From contig NZ_CP097765.1 of NCBI RefSeq assembly GCF_023585785.1, forward strand, positions 360,001 through 392,000: a stretch of 32,000 nucleotides of DNA, written 5' to 3'. Under the pieces are notes generated by a model. That model did not search any database and was not told the origin of the DNA. It saw only the letters and a program-made list of their open reading frames with translations. Source of the DNA: Blochmannia endosymbiont of Camponotus modoc (GTDB lineage: Bacteria > Pseudomonadota > Gammaproteobacteria > Enterobacterales > Enterobacteriaceae). Of the stretch, positions 1-11,455 are shown in pieces. The translations under genes were made by a program, and so were the position numbers. How positions within the stretch are numbered: the stretch's first letter is position 1; the number at the start of each line of letters is the position of its first letter.

Positions 1-2296
1 TATCCTTAATGAACGATAAACTTTGTTGTATAATTTGTTGATTTCTTAAAGAATCTATTTCTTTTTCTAATTTTTGATAACGACATTTAAATTCATATAT
101 TTTACTTAATATATTCTTATCATCACTTTGAGTCGATTGAAAAATATTTCTAAGTAACATTTTATATTGATGTATTACAGATAATGCTACGTTATTAGTT
201 ACTGCTTCAACACGTCTAATACCAGCAGCAATACTACATTCTTTGGTAATTACAAATATACCAATTTCTCCAGTATGCTCAGCATGAGTTCCTCCGCATA
301 ATTCAGTAGAAAAATTTCCTATTTTTAGAACACGAACTTCTTTATCATATTGTTTATTTATCAATATTACAGCTTCACTATTTCTAGCTGCTTCTATTGG
401 CATAATGTCAACTGTAATAGGAGTATTCTTCCAAATTTGTTCATTTACAATATTTTCTACTGTATTCATTTGTGTTGTCGTCATCGTTGCATGATGATAA
501 AAATCAAACCGTAAGTATCGATCGTTTACCAAGGATCCTTTTTGCGTAACGTGAGATCCGAGAACTTGAGACAACGCAGCATGTAGCAAATGCGTAGCGG
601 AGTGATTTAAAGAAATACATTTCCTTTTATGTTGATCTACTTGAGCGACTATTTCCTCCCCCACGCTAATAGTCCCTCTATTAACTATCCCTAAATGACC
701 TATTGTTTGTCCATATTTTTTTGTATTAATAACCTGAAAAAATCCGGACATAGTATTTAATTGACCACAATCTCCAATTTGGCCCCCAGATTCTCCATAA
801 AAAGGAGTATTATTCAGAATCACTATTCCTTCTTCTTTTGTATAAATTTTATTTATTGATTTATTGTTTTGGAACAATGCTATTACTCGGGATTTACAAA
901 TCAGTTGATCGTATCCAACAAATATGCTTGATATATTACAAAATGATAATTTTTCATAATTTATATCACATTTATTTAATTCTTTCGTATATTTTTTTTG
1001 TGTCAACATAGCTTGATCAAATCCTGCTTGATCTACGTGTATGCCACGTTTTAAACAGACGTCTTGAGTTAATTCCAATGGAAATCCATAAGTATCATAT
1101 AAATTAAATGCTATTTCACCATTTAGACAATTTCCTTTTAATCGTATTAATTGTTTTTCCAATAATTCTAAACCTCTTTTTAAAGTATCTTGAAATAATT
1201 TTTCTTCACTAAGTAAAATTTCTGCTATAAAATCTTTCTTTTCATGTAAAGTATCGGCTATATGCTGCATATATTTAATAAGAGGAGAAACTAATTTGTA
1301 AAAAAAAATATCATTTACACCTAATCTTTTTCCATGAAGAATAGCTCTACGAATAATACGGCGTAATACATAACCACGTCCTTCATTAGCAGGAAGGACT
1401 CCGTCTTGGATTAAAAATGAACATGTACGAATATGATCAGCAATCACATACACAGATCTATTTATATAGATATCATTAATTTTCATGATTCGAGATATAG
1501 AAGATATTAATTTCCTAAATACATCAATAGAAAAATTACTATTTACTCCCTGCAATATTGAAGTAATACGTTCCAAACCCATTCCAGTATCTACTGATAA
1601 CATAGGGAGCGATAAAAGATGACCACTTTCTTGACGATCAAACTGCATAAATACTAAATTCCAAATTTCAACATATCTTTCCCCAAATTCTTCTAAACTG
1701 CCAGGAGGCCCCCCTTGAAATCGATCACCACGATCATAAAATATTTCTGAACAAGGTCCACAAGGCCCGATATTTCCCATTTGCCAAAAATTATCAGAAT
1801 CACAAAAATCATTTGTATTGTTACCAATTCTAACAATATGTTCATTAGGAATATCTATTTTCTTTGACCAAATATTATAAGATTCACCATCGCAATTATG
1901 CACTGTTACCCATAATTTATTTTTAGATAAATTGAACCAATTAACGTCAGTCAATAACTCCCAAGCAAACTGAATAGCCTCATTTTTAAAATAATCTCCA
2001 AAACTAAAATTACCTAACATCTCAAAAAATGTTAAATGTCTCTCAGTATATCCAACATTATTTAAATCATTATGTTTACCTCCAGCACGTACACAACGTT
2101 GCGCAGTAGCAACACGTTTAAATAATGGCTTATCAATTCCTAAAAATATATTTTTAAACTGATTCATACCGGAGTTAGTAAATAATAATGTTCGATCACT
2201 ATTAGGAATCAAAGTACTGCTTGAAACAATTTCATGTCCTTTTTTTTTAAAAAAATTAAGAAATTCTTGACGAATATCATCAATATTTTTGTACAT
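1..2296 (-). CDS. alaS: alanyl-tRNA synthetase, 3' end truncated by the window edge (about 765 codons present)
   Basis: Hand translation from the ATG at 2296 gives [53 protein letters not shown], then [43 protein letters not shown] and [15 protein letters not shown]. These are class II AlaRS signatures. Reading appears open to position 1. It is absent from the ORF track because it has no stop inside the window. Confidence 0.97.
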   Translation of the reverse strand, partial: MYKNIDDIRQEFLNFFKKKGHEIVSSSTLIPNSDRTLLFTNSGMNQFKNIFLGIDKPLFKRVATAQRCVRAGGKHNDLNNVGYTERHLTFFEMLGNFSFGDYFKNEAIQFAWELLTDVNWFNLSKNKLWVTVHNCDGESYNIWSKKIDIPNEHIVRIGNNTNDFCDSDNFWQMGNIGPCGPCSEIFYDRGDRFQGGPPGSLEEFGERYVEIWNLVFMQFDRQESGHLLSLPMLSVDTGMGLERITSILQGVNSNFSIDVFRKLISSISRIMKINDIYINRSVYVIADHIRTCSFLIQDGVLPANEGRGYVLRRIIRRAILHGKRLGVNDIFFYKLVSPLIKYMQHIADTLHEKKDFIAEILLSEEKLFQDTLKRGLELLEKQLIRLKGNCLNGEIAFNLYDTYGFPLELTQDVCLKRGIHVDQAGFDQAMLTQKKYTKELNKCDINYEKLSFCNISSIFVGYDQLICKSRVIALFQNNKSINKIYTKEEGIVILNNTPFYGESGGQIGDCGQLNTMSGFFQVINTKKYGQTIGHLGIVNRGTISVGEEIVAQVDQHKRKCISLNHSATHLLHAALSQVLGSHVTQKGSLVNDRYLRFDFYHHATMTTTQMNTVENIVNEQIWKNTPITVDIMPIEAARNSEAVILINKQYDKEVRVLKIGNFSTELCGGTHAEHTGEIGIFVITKECSIAAGIRRVEAVTNNVALSVIHQYKMLLRNIFQSTQSDDKNILSKIYEFKCRYQKLEKEIDSLRNQQIIQQSLSFIKD

Positions 2297-3188
2297 ATAG
2301 ATTCCATCATGGAATAAAATTCCATATATATAACTTGTATGACTATGTATTATAAACAATTTTCGAAAAGATAGAAATCAAAATCACAGAATATTATGTA
2401 TATTTAAAATATATAAAAATTCATTTTTTACATAAACATCACTAATTATTACTAATAATACAATAATTTACTATTTTACAAATAAATTTCAAAAAAGTAC
2501 AAAATTTAAAATTTTTATAAATAATTTTTTATGTTTATCTATAATAATGATAAGTATTTAAGTAAGGTATCAAACTATTTCCATAGATAATTTTAAAAAA
2601 TGGATGTAATTTTTTTGGTTAATAATGTACGTTTGTGTTTATTAAATATTGTTTCTAACAACATTTCATTAGCATATGTATAGATATGTATTCCAATGTT
2701 ATTTTGAAATAAATCAGAAGTATCAAAGTACATTAACACTTTTAATACAATATTCTTCAAATATCATTATCATTTTAAACATATTTTTTTTGCAACAACA
2801 TGAACAAAATATAATGCAATTTTTCACAGTTACCATAACTTTATTGCCGTACTCAAATTGCGATAAATTTTATTGTTTTGATTAATGTCGTAGTCGCATA
2901 AAAACATTATTATGTAGCTCAATACTATATTTCATAAAATCAAACAAAGATGATCTTTCTTGCATGATTAACGTATATCAATAGATTTACATGTAATGTA
3001 GATACCTGAAAAATAACATATAAAATCATGCACATGTATTTTTACGTTAATAACTGACCAAAATTATTTAAACTAAAATATTTCAAATAATTATTTGATC
3101 AATTCAATCATAAAAAGTAATATTTATTTGTACAAATATAATATTTTCGTATATCCGAAATAAAATATTAATTTTTAATCAATTTAAA

Positions 3189-4136
3189 TTACCTATGTTG
3201 GAGATAAAATAAAGGATCTACAGATTTTCCTTTATATCTGATTTCAAAATGTAATTTTACTTCATTAGTCCCGCTGTTACCCATGGTTGCGATCTTGTCG
3301 CCCATCTTAACTGTTTGCTGTTCATTAACCAAAATCATATCGTTGTGCGCATAAGCGCTAAGATAGTTATTATCATGCTTGAGAATAATCAAGTTACCGT
3401 ATCCTTTCAATGTATTCCCAATATATACTACTTTTCCATTAGCGGTAGCCAAGATAGGCTGACCTAAAGCGCCGGATATATCAATTCCTTTATTACCTCT
3501 TTCAGAATCAGAAAAAGTATTAATAATAATACCATTTGTTGGCCAATACCAGTCCTTGATTGTTACTAAGTCTGACGTTGTTGAACTAGAAATCGTATTA
3601 TAAGACATGTCCATATTAGAATAAGTATTGTTATACGTCCTAGAACAAAACAATTGTTTTTTAACAAAAAATAACATTTTTTTAAAAGCATGATTGCCGC
3701 TATTAAAAGGAATAAAAATTTCTTTTAAGAATTTTTCAAAATACAACCACATTGTATTACGATGTACTATTAAAACTTGATCTACTTTCAATACATTTGC
3801 ATCTTTAATATTATTGATTTTTGCTAAATTTAAACAATTATTTCCCGTAATCCAAGCAATATAAAACAAAGTATCGCCCGATTTTACTGTATATGTAGAC
3901 TTGCGATAAGAACTATAATTTGTATGATTGTACTTATGAATGGTAGCAACAGAAGGTATTTTCTGTGGATACCGTATATTTGTTTTTTTATCTTGAGACA
4001 TATAGATAGTAACGTCAGAATTCAGGGATTGTGACGCGCATTTACTGTGGTATCTATGGATCTTATCACTAGAACATCCCTCTATAAATACAAGAACTAC
4101 TATTATATAAATTATCGATCTGCTATCTATTAGCAT
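3189..4136 (-). CDS. nlpD: NlpD-like lipoprotein: lipobox, LysM domain and degenerate LytM/M23 domain; amidase activator
   Basis: N-terminal hydrophobic segment ending in FIEGC (lipobox); LysM YTVKSGDTLFYIAWITGNNCLNLAKINNI; C-terminus GNKGIDISGALGQPILATANGKVVYIGNTLKGYGNLIILKHDNNYLSAYAHND...KLHFEIRYKGKSVDPLFYL closely resembles E. coli NlpD. Confidence 0.93.
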   Translation of the reverse strand: MLIDSRSIIYIIVVLVFIEGCSSDKIHRYHSKCASQSLNSDVTIYMSQDKKTNIRYPQKIPSVATIHKYNHTNYSSYRKSTYTVKSGDTLFYIAWITGNNCLNLAKINNIKDANVLKVDQVLIVHRNTMWLYFEKFLKEIFIPFNSGNHAFKKMLFFVKKQLFCSRTYNNTYSNMDMSYNTISSSTTSDLVTIKDWYWPTNGIIINTFSDSERGNKGIDISGALGQPILATANGKVVYIGNTLKGYGNLIILKHDNNYLSAYAHNDMILVNEQQTVKMGDKIATMGNSGTNEVKLHFEIRYKGKSVDPLFYLQHR

Positions 4137-4714
4137 AATAGATGTGCTAAACTCCTCTGCTCCCTGCTTATTTTCTATTGATAATTTATTTTTTTAAGAA
4201 TCATACAATATACGAATAACACATATGCACTCGACATTAATATTAAACACATTTTATATAATCAAATAAATAACTCATAAATTTAACATACATTCCAATA
4301 CATCGTATTGGTAGCCAAGTATATAATACTTACTTAATACACACAACAATAGAATTATTTTTAGTAATTTTTTAAAATCATTATTATATATTTTTAATAT
4401 CTACACATTTTTTGTCTTATAGAAAAAAATCACTAGTGTATAGTATATATAAAAAAATAAATAAGTATCTTATAAAACTGGAATAATTTCGTATTTTTTA
4501 TAAATCATTAATGTTTATATTCAATATACATGTCAAATATAAATGCCATACGATAATATATATCCTCGTTTTTATATAAAATCTGATGATACTGGTTATA
4601 GTAATTTGCTAATAGATAGTAAATATCAGAATATCACATACATTTTGTGTATCAATTTAGATAGAGTTAGTCACACATCATGATAACCGTAATAATAATT
4701 AAAATAATTCTTAG

Positions 4715-4741
4715 ATAAATCTATCGTATCGATAGATTTAT
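4715..4741 (-). terminator. 12-bp perfect stem, 3-nt loop hairpin just downstream of ispF; possible transcription terminator
   Basis: ATAAATCTATCG-TAT-CGATAGATTTAT. About 50 bp past the ispF stop. The following sequence on the minus strand (CTAAGAATTATTTTAATTATTATTA) is T-rich but not a clean T-run. Confidence 0.4.
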
Positions 4742-4792
4742 ATGTAAACTATGAAATAGAAATATACGTATTTTATTATTTTAATAAAATAT

Positions 4793-5266
4793 TTAACGTG
4801 TTAATAACACGACTGCTATACACGCAATACCTTCAGATCGGCCGATATATCCCAGTGTGTCAGTCGTAGTGGCTTTTATATTAATACTAGTTACTGAACA
4901 ATTTAAGTCTTGAGATAAATGATGTTTCATCTGATAAATATATGTGTTTATCCTTGGGATTTGTAGGATTACGGTAATATCTATATTTTCTAATAAGAAT
5001 CCTTGCATGGTAATTTTTTTCCAAGCAATTCGTAACAATTTTCGACTATCTATATTATTATATTTAGCATCAGTATCCGGAAACATCGACCCAATATCAC
5101 CATAACAAGCAGCTCCCAATAAAGCATCGATTAGCGAATGCATCATTACATCGCCATCAGAATGCGCTTTAATTCCTTTCATAAAGGGGATACTTACCCC
5201 CCCAATGGTAAGCGGCCGACATCCTCCAAATTGGTGCACATCAAACCCATAACCAATACGTAACAT
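4793..5266 (-). CDS. ispF: 2-C-methyl-D-erythritol 2,4-cyclodiphosphate synthase
   Basis: [56 protein letters not shown] and [23 protein letters not shown] are the IspF signatures. Confidence 0.97.
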   Translation of the reverse strand: MLRIGYGFDVHQFGGCRPLTIGGVSIPFMKGIKAHSDGDVMMHSLIDALLGAACYGDIGSMFPDTDAKYNNIDSRKLLRIAWKKITMQGFLLENIDITVILQIPRINTYIYQMKHHLSQDLNCSVTSINIKATTTDTLGYIGRSEGIACIAVVLLTR

Positions 5267-5280
5267 GCTTACAATCCTTG

Positions 5281-6006
5281 TTAAGTTTCTTTATATAATT
5301 TAGATAAATAAAAGTTAGCTAATTTTAAATCATTTTGATGGGTAACTTTTATATTGTCAGAACGACCGTGTATCACAATAGATTTATATCCACAATATTC
5401 TACAGCTGATGCTTCATCAGTAACAGTCACTCTATTTTTTAAAGCTTTTTCAAGACAATATTTTAAAAGATCATAATTAAACAACTGTGGAGTTAAAGCA
5501 TGCCATAAATTTTCACGATCTACAGTATATCTTATAAAATTAGTCCCACAGTAAGTTCGTTTAATAGTATTACAAATTGGTATTGCCAAAATGCCACCTA
5601 CTTGAGAAAATTTTGTGATCTCAAAAAGCCGTAACAAATCTTCATGATGTAAACAAGGACGCACCGCGTCATGTACAATAACCCAAACTGATTTTTTTAC
5701 ATGCTGCAATCCAGCCATAACTGAATCAGCTCGTGTGTGTCCTCCAACAACTACACTAACTCTAGGATCGTAAGAAATAGATAATTGACGAAACCAACGA
5801 TCACGTGCATTAATTACTACGATGCAATGACGAATACATGATTGACATAACAAGGCGTTCATGGAATGTTCAAGCAAAGTTTTATCACCTATGGTGCAGT
5901 ATTGTTTCGGCAATAAACTTTTCATGCGTTTTCCAGTTCCTGCTGCTGGCAGGATAGCAGTAATGTATGGAATTTTTTTTTTCAACAACATATTTAGTAT
6001 AAACAC
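5281..6006 (-). CDS. ispD: 2-C-methyl-D-erythritol 4-phosphate cytidylyltransferase
   Basis: [58 protein letters not shown] and [22 protein letters not shown] match IspD. It directly precedes ispF. Confidence 0.96.
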   Translation of the reverse strand: MFILNMLLKKKIPYITAILPAAGTGKRMKSLLPKQYCTIGDKTLLEHSMNALLCQSCIRHCIVVINARDRWFRQLSISYDPRVSVVVGGHTRADSVMAGLQHVKKSVWVIVHDAVRPCLHHEDLLRLFEITKFSQVGGILAIPICNTIKRTYCGTNFIRYTVDRENLWHALTPQLFNYDLLKYCLEKALKNRVTVTDEASAVEYCGYKSIVIHGRSDNIKVTHQNDLKLANFYLSKLYKET

Positions 6007-6062
6007 TTACATATATCAAAATAATTAAACCATCGTTGAACTTTATTTAATTGATATTGCTA

Positions 6063-6338
6063 TCACAATGTTATTAAATAAAAAGTTTCACCGAGTTTAA
6101 TCATACCAAGATCATATCTTGATCGTTCTTCAATTGCTTCATATCCGTGAAGTAAATCATAAATTTCATACAATAATTGATTGTTACGAACCTTCAGTTG
6201 ATCAATATTATTAATATTTTTATATAATGTAATTGCATTATGAATATTTATTAAATCACAAATACCATTTTTTCCTAACCAAAGTGAGTATTGTAACCAA
6301 GTCAACAATGCCACCAATATACAATTCAACTTGTTCAT
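6063..6338 (-). CDS. ftsB: cell division protein FtsB
   Basis: MNKLNCILVALLTWLQYSLWLGKNGICDL...IYDLLHGYEAIEERSRYDLGMIKLGETFYLI aligns by eye with E. coli FtsB. The ftsB-ispD-ispF order is the enterobacterial one. Confidence 0.95.
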   Translation of the reverse strand: MNKLNCILVALLTWLQYSLWLGKNGICDLINIHNAITLYKNINNIDQLKVRNNQLLYEIYDLLHGYEAIEERSRYDLGMIKLGETFYLITL

Positions 6339-6694
6339 TTTTTCGCCAATTCATTATATTTTATGTTGATTTAATCGATTATATTCACCATATAGTCAAC
6401 TCGCTGTTACCGATAATGAATAAATATCTATTAAATAGGTAATTATGGTCCATTAAATATATAATTGTAGTTATTGATATAAACTTATAATGCATGTTAG
6501 AATAACTGGTTTAAAAATCATCGTAAACTATTATGATTTTATTATAAAAGAGTATTTCTTTTTTAAAAGATTTATTTTAATTATAAAGTATAAAACTGTT
6601 GCTATTAAAACAAAATAGTCTTTATTAAAGATAAAATCTAATCACCATAGAATATGCTTAATCATACAAACTATTAAGTATATAAATTTATATT

Positions 6695-6717
6695 ACTTAT
6701 CTATTAGATAGATAAGT
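6695..6717 (-). terminator. 10-bp perfect stem, 3-nt loop hairpin overlapping the cysC stop codon; possible terminator
   Basis: ACTTATCTAT-TAG-ATAGATAAGT. The cysC stop codon lies at 6704-6706 inside it. The downstream minus-strand sequence is AT-rich (AATATAAATTTATATAC) without a clean T tract. Confidence 0.3.
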
Positions 6718-7339
6718 CTATTTTAAACAAATGTTCAATACACGATGATCGCAATATTTGATTAATTAACTCTATGATCGATTTTTGACCATCTAAATAT
6801 ATATCTGGTTTTTTTGGTCGTTCGTAAGGAGAACTTATACCAGTAAAATTTTCTATTTCACCTGCTCTAGCTCTTTTGTACAAACCTTTTGAATCGCGTT
6901 GTTCACACACACGAAAGGGTGTATCAACAAATATTTCAATAAAATGATTGATAGGAAACATGTTACGTACCATTTGACGCTCACGATAATAAGGAGAAAT
7001 AAAAGTAGCCAATACCACTACACCAGCATCAACTAGCAATCGCGCTGTTTCTCCTACTCGACGTATATTTTCATGTCGATCATGATCACTAAATCCTAAA
7101 TCCCGACACAATCCATGTCGGACATTGTCTCCATCTAACATATATGTGCTGATATTTCTATGATGTAATTTTGTTTCTAAAACATTAGCTAAAATTGACT
7201 TACCAGATCCTGATAGCCCTGTAAACCATAATAATATAGCCCGATGTTTATGTAAAAGCTCACGATCTTGTTGTGTTATATAACAGGTGTTCCAAAAAAT
7301 ATTCTTGTTGGATATACGATTGATATTTTTATGAATCAT
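6704..7339 (-). CDS. cysC: adenylylsulfate (APS) kinase; the ORF track extends to 7426 but the likely start is the ATG at 7339
   Basis: [87 protein letters not shown]. The first ~29 residues of the 240-aa ORF have no CysC counterpart and overlap cysN. M30 gives a 211-aa protein of normal size. Confidence 0.93.
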   Translation of the reverse strand: MIHKNINRISNKNIFWNTCYITQQDRELLHKHRAILLWFTGLSGSGKSILANVLETKLHHRNISTYMLDGDNVRHGLCRDLGFSDHDRHENIRRVGETARLLVDAGVVVLATFISPYYRERQMVRNMFPINHFIEIFVDTPFRVCEQRDSKGLYKRARAGEIENFTGISSPYERPKKPDIYLDGQKSIIELINQILRSSCIEHLFKIDLSI

Positions 7340-7352
7340 AATATAATTGTCA

Positions 7353-8783
7353 TCATGATAAGTCTTGGATATTCCAATGAGGAAAATGAAAACGAATAAA
7401 TTCATGTAATGCCAATTCAAATTCACTATAATTTTTATTATGCTTAAACTTATGACGTGCGATAGGGGTGCGAACCATTCCAGCTCCTACAGTTTCATTG
7501 GTTAATAAATCAATAAATATCATGCTACCAGTTGTTGGGTAACGAGAATATTGATCTAGTATCAGTGGCTCATCGAATAACAACCTTACTAGTCCAATTC
7601 CATTGAGTGAAATTGTGTTTGTCTTTTGAGATTGCAAGGTATTAACATCTATTTGGTATTCTATATTTTTTACCTGCGCTCTTATAACTTTAGTAGCAAT
7701 CTTAACATTAAAATATTGGTTTTTTTTTAATGCTTCTTTTTTCATCCATACCACATCTACCAAGGCGCTCTGAACCGGTGTAATAGTGGCATGAGAATCA
7801 ATTATCATATCTCCGCGACTAACGTCAAGATCATGTTCCAAAGTTATAGCGATTGCCTCTTTAGCCCCAGCATGTGTTTGATCCGCATTAAATTTAATAA
7901 TACGTTTAATAGTAGAAGTAGTATTTGAAGGAAAAACATTAATACGTTGTCCAACATGCATACTACCAGAAGCAATAGTGCCAACATAGCCTCTGAAATC
8001 TAAATTATGACGAATTACATACTGTACTGGAAAACGTAATTCTTTCTGCTCGAAGTGCAAGGAATCATTAATCTGGATATCTTCTAACATTTCCAACAAT
8101 GTGGGTCCGTTGTACCACTTCATATTCGTGGATAATGTTGTAACGTTATCTCCGTCTACAGCGGATATCGGAATAAATGTTGTATATATCTCAGTCGATA
8201 AATGTTTCTTAGTAAATTCTAAATATTCTTTACTAATTTTTTGAAATATTTTTTGATTATAATTTATTAAATCCATTTTATTGATTGCCACTATAATATA
8301 CTGAATACCTAGAAGTACAGTGATAAACCAATGCCTTTTAGTTTGACTCTGTATTCCTTTACGAGCATCAACTAATAAAATAGCCAATTCGCTAGTAGAA
8401 GCACCAGTAACCATATTTTTTGTATATTCTATATGTCCTGGAGTATCAGCAATGATAAATTTACGTTTTTTAGTAAAAAAATAACGATAAGCAACATCTA
8501 TAGTAATGCCTTGTGCACGTTCCGATTGTAATCCATCTACCAGCAATGCTAAGTCTAATTTATTTTTTTGAGTACCAATTTTTTTGCTATCCGTATGAAG
8601 AATAGATAACTGATCATCATAAATTTGATAAGAATCATGTAACAACCGTCCTATCAAGGTACTTTTACCATCGTCTACGCTACCACATGTAAGAAAGCGC
8701 AACAACATTTTATGTTGTTGCGCATATAGATAATTTTCAATTCCTCCATGATCGATAATTTCCTGCTCTATGGTGCTAATCAT
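7353..8783 (-). CDS. cysN: sulfate adenylyltransferase subunit 1 (GTPase)
   Basis: [23 protein letters not shown] (P-loop), [35 protein letters not shown] and C-terminal [10 protein letters not shown] match CysN. Confidence 0.97.
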   Translation of the reverse strand: MISTIEQEIIDHGGIENYLYAQQHKMLLRFLTCGSVDDGKSTLIGRLLHDSYQIYDDQLSILHTDSKKIGTQKNKLDLALLVDGLQSERAQGITIDVAYRYFFTKKRKFIIADTPGHIEYTKNMVTGASTSELAILLVDARKGIQSQTKRHWFITVLLGIQYIIVAINKMDLINYNQKIFQKISKEYLEFTKKHLSTEIYTTFIPISAVDGDNVTTLSTNMKWYNGPTLLEMLEDIQINDSLHFEQKELRFPVQYVIRHNLDFRGYVGTIASGSMHVGQRINVFPSNTTSTIKRIIKFNADQTHAGAKEAIAITLEHDLDVSRGDMIIDSHATITPVQSALVDVVWMKKEALKKNQYFNVKIATKVIRAQVKNIEYQIDVNTLQSQKTNTISLNGIGLVRLLFDEPLILDQYSRYPTTGSMIFIDLLTNETVGAGMVRTPIARHKFKHNKNYSEFELALHEFIRFHFPHWNIQDLS

Positions 8784-8792
8784 AATGATCCT

Positions 8793-9707
8793 TTAGAAAT
8801 AACCTTGGCGTTTTTTATTTTCCATAGATCCGGATTGATCAAAATCAATGATTCGACCTTGACGCTCACTTTTCTTAGATATTAACATTTCTTCAATTAT
8901 TGTAGGTAATGTCTCTGCTTGAGATTCAATCGCTCCGGTTAATGGCCAACATCCCAACGTACGAAATCGTACCATACGTGTTTCTACAGTTTCTTCAGAT
9001 GTAAGATTGATGCGATCGTCATCCACCATAATCAAATTACCATTTCTGTAAATTACAGGTCGATTTTTGGCTAAGTATAATGATACTATATCAATTTTTT
9101 CAAAAAAAATATACTGCCAAATATCTAGTTCTGTCCAATTGGATAAAGGAAATACACGAATGCTTTCTCCTTTATTAATTTTTCCATTATAATTATGCCA
9201 TAATTCCGGACGTTGTTTTCTAGGATTCCAACAATGAAATTTATCTCGAAACGAATAAATTCGTTCTTTAGACCTAACTTTTTCTTCATCACGGCGAGCA
9301 CCTCCGAAAGCTGCATCGAAGTTATATTGATGTAATGCTTGCTTCAATCCTTCCGTTTTCATAATATCTGTATGTTTAGCGCTACCATGAATAAATGGGT
9401 TGATTCCCATAGATATTCCTTCTGGATTTTTATGCACTAATAACTCTAAATCATAAGATTTAGCGGTATTGTCTCGAAATACATACATTTCATGAAATTT
9501 CCAACCAGTATCTATATGTAATAAGGGAAAAGGTAATGTGCTAGGATAAAATGCTTTTCGAGCTAAATGTAACATTACTGAAGAATCCTTACCAATAGAA
9601 TATAGCATGACTGGTTTTTGAAACTCAGCAACTACTTCACGAATAATATAGATACTCTCTGACTCTAATCTATGAAAATAAGTAACATGCTTTCTATTGT
9701 GGATCAT
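8793..9707 (-). CDS. cysD: sulfate adenylyltransferase subunit 2
   Basis: [58 protein letters not shown]...[10 protein letters not shown]...[25 protein letters not shown] matches E. coli CysD across the full length. Confidence 0.98.
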   Translation of the reverse strand: MIHNRKHVTYFHRLESESIYIIREVVAEFQKPVMLYSIGKDSSVMLHLARKAFYPSTLPFPLLHIDTGWKFHEMYVFRDNTAKSYDLELLVHKNPEGISMGINPFIHGSAKHTDIMKTEGLKQALHQYNFDAAFGGARRDEEKVRSKERIYSFRDKFHCWNPRKQRPELWHNYNGKINKGESIRVFPLSNWTELDIWQYIFFEKIDIVSLYLAKNRPVIYRNGNLIMVDDDRINLTSEETVETRMVRFRTLGCWPLTGAIESQAETLPTIIEEMLISKKSERQGRIIDFDQSGSMENKKRQGYF

Positions 9708-9723
9708 ATATTGTCCTTTTAAC

Positions 9724-11154
9724 TTATATCAAATTAATAATTGAATCAATAGGATAGTAATTCAATGCTTTTTGACCAAACCAATTGATTTTACTATGCA
9801 ATGACACGACATCGCCAATAACTAACAAAGCGGGATAATCAGCCATTTGTGCCAATTTTTCTAATTCAATTAAGGTCCCAATTAAAATTTTTTGATCTTG
9901 ATATGTCCCTCGACTAATTACGGCTACGGGAGTATGCATATCTCGCCCATGAATGATGAGATTATTCCTAATACTTATGGCATTAATCTTACCCATGTAA
10001 ATTACTAATGTCTGTTGATTGTTTGATAAACTGTTCCAATTAAATTGATTATTGCCACTTGTATTGTGTCCTGTAATAAAAATAACGCTATGAGCATATT
10101 TTCTATGAGTTAAAGGAATGCCAGAATAAGCCGCAACACCGATTCCTGCTGTAATACCAGGAACTACTTGAAAAGAAATACCTGCTTCTGATATTGCTTG
10201 TAATTCCTCTCCGCCCCGTCCAAAAATAAATGGATCTCCTCCTTTCAATCTAACGACTTTATTTCCTTGTCGTGCTAATTGTACTATAAATTGATTGAGT
10301 TTTTTTTGAGAAATTAGACGATTTCCAACACGTTTTCCAACACAAATTTTATCGGCATCGCGCCGGGCTAAATCTAAAATATCTGAATTTATTAAATAAT
10401 CATATAGTATAATATCTGCTTGTTGTATTACTTGCAATCCTCTGATAGTTAACAATCCTATATCTCCGGGCCCCGCTCCTACTAACGTAACATGACCTTT
10501 TTTATTATTCTTATTATTTCCAGAATTGTTAAGCGCATAGTTAAAAACTTTATTGGCTTCTTTAGGGCGACCTCGTTCTATTAAGGTAGCAACGTGCCCA
10601 TTATAAAATATTTTCTCCCAAAACTGACGCCTGAGTACTGTATCTATAATATGCTGTTTTACTTGATTACGCCATGCTCCTGCCAACTTTGCTACGAATC
10701 CAAGAGACTGTGGTAATAACAATTCAAGTTTTTCACGTAAAATACGCACTAAAATAGGTGCTTTTCCACAAGAAGAAATTCCTATTAAAATAGGATTACG
10801 ATCGACAATAGCAGGAAAAATAAATGAACATTTATTCTTGTCATCCACAGTATTTATTAAAATATTATGTTTTTCAGCATTTTGGTATATTAAAGTATTT
10901 AATTTAGAATCATTGGTTGCTACAATTACTAAAATTACTTTATCTAACATAATAGGTTGAAAATTTTTACTAATCCAACTGATATTTTGCGTAATTAAAA
11001 ACTTTTTTAATTCTGTACAAAGAGCGGGCGCTACTATTGTAATAGCAGCGCCCGCTCTTTGTAGCATTTGTATTTTGCGCGCAGCAACAGTACCTCCCCC
11101 AACTACTAACACTGGCCTATTTTTGAGATCAATAAATATTGGTAAATATTCCAT
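9724..11154 (-). CDS. cysG: siroheme synthase, fused dehydrogenase/ferrochelatase and uroporphyrinogen-III methyltransferase
   Basis: N-terminal [31 protein letters not shown]; C-terminal [71 protein letters not shown]. Both CysG modules are present. Confidence 0.97.
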   Translation of the reverse strand: MEYLPIFIDLKNRPVLVVGGGTVAARKIQMLQRAGAAITIVAPALCTELKKFLITQNISWISKNFQPIMLDKVILVIVATNDSKLNTLIYQNAEKHNILINTVDDKNKCSFIFPAIVDRNPILIGISSCGKAPILVRILREKLELLLPQSLGFVAKLAGAWRNQVKQHIIDTVLRRQFWEKIFYNGHVATLIERGRPKEANKVFNYALNNSGNNKNNKKGHVTLVGAGPGDIGLLTIRGLQVIQQADIILYDYLINSDILDLARRDADKICVGKRVGNRLISQKKLNQFIVQLARQGNKVVRLKGGDPFIFGRGGEELQAISEAGISFQVVPGITAGIGVAAYSGIPLTHRKYAHSVIFITGHNTSGNNQFNWNSLSNNQQTLVIYMGKINAISIRNNLIIHGRDMHTPVAVISRGTYQDQKILIGTLIELEKLAQMADYPALLVIGDVVSLHSKINWFGQKALNYYPIDSIINLI

Positions 11155-11350
11155 AGTATTATGTGATGCTTAAGTAATAATAAATATTAAAAAATTTTTA
11201 ATGTACATATAATATAATTATACAATCACAAAAATTATAATTATGAATAATAGTTCATATTTTTCATTTTTTTAAATTTCATGCTCTACAATTATAAACA
11301 TATATACTAAGATATTTTAATAATGACTAAAATATGAGAACACATACTAT

Positions 11351-11368
11351 TCAACAGTATACTGTTGA
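11351..11368. repeat. 18-bp perfect palindrome in the cysH-cysG intergenic region, upstream of cysG
   Basis: TCAACAGTATACTGTTGA read directly from the sequence. Function unknown. Confidence 0.5.
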
Positions 11369-11455
11369 CAACTACCCATATTGTCCTGGAGGATATTATC
11401 ATATAGTAATACAAATAAAGTTTAATCACATAAATATTTCATATAAATAATAAAT

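Noticed and set aside
2676-2885. 69-aa plus-strand ORF between alaS and nlpD
   Set aside because: Low-complexity AT-derived peptide with no recognisable family and no clear ribosome-binding site. Expected by chance in AT-rich spacer.
9125-9316. 63-aa plus-strand ORF
   Set aside because: Entirely antisense within cysD, with no recognisable domain.
11205-11225. AT-only palindromes such as ATTAAAAATTTTTAAT and AATAATTAATTATT in several gaps
   Set aside because: Short A/T-only palindromes are common by chance at this base composition.
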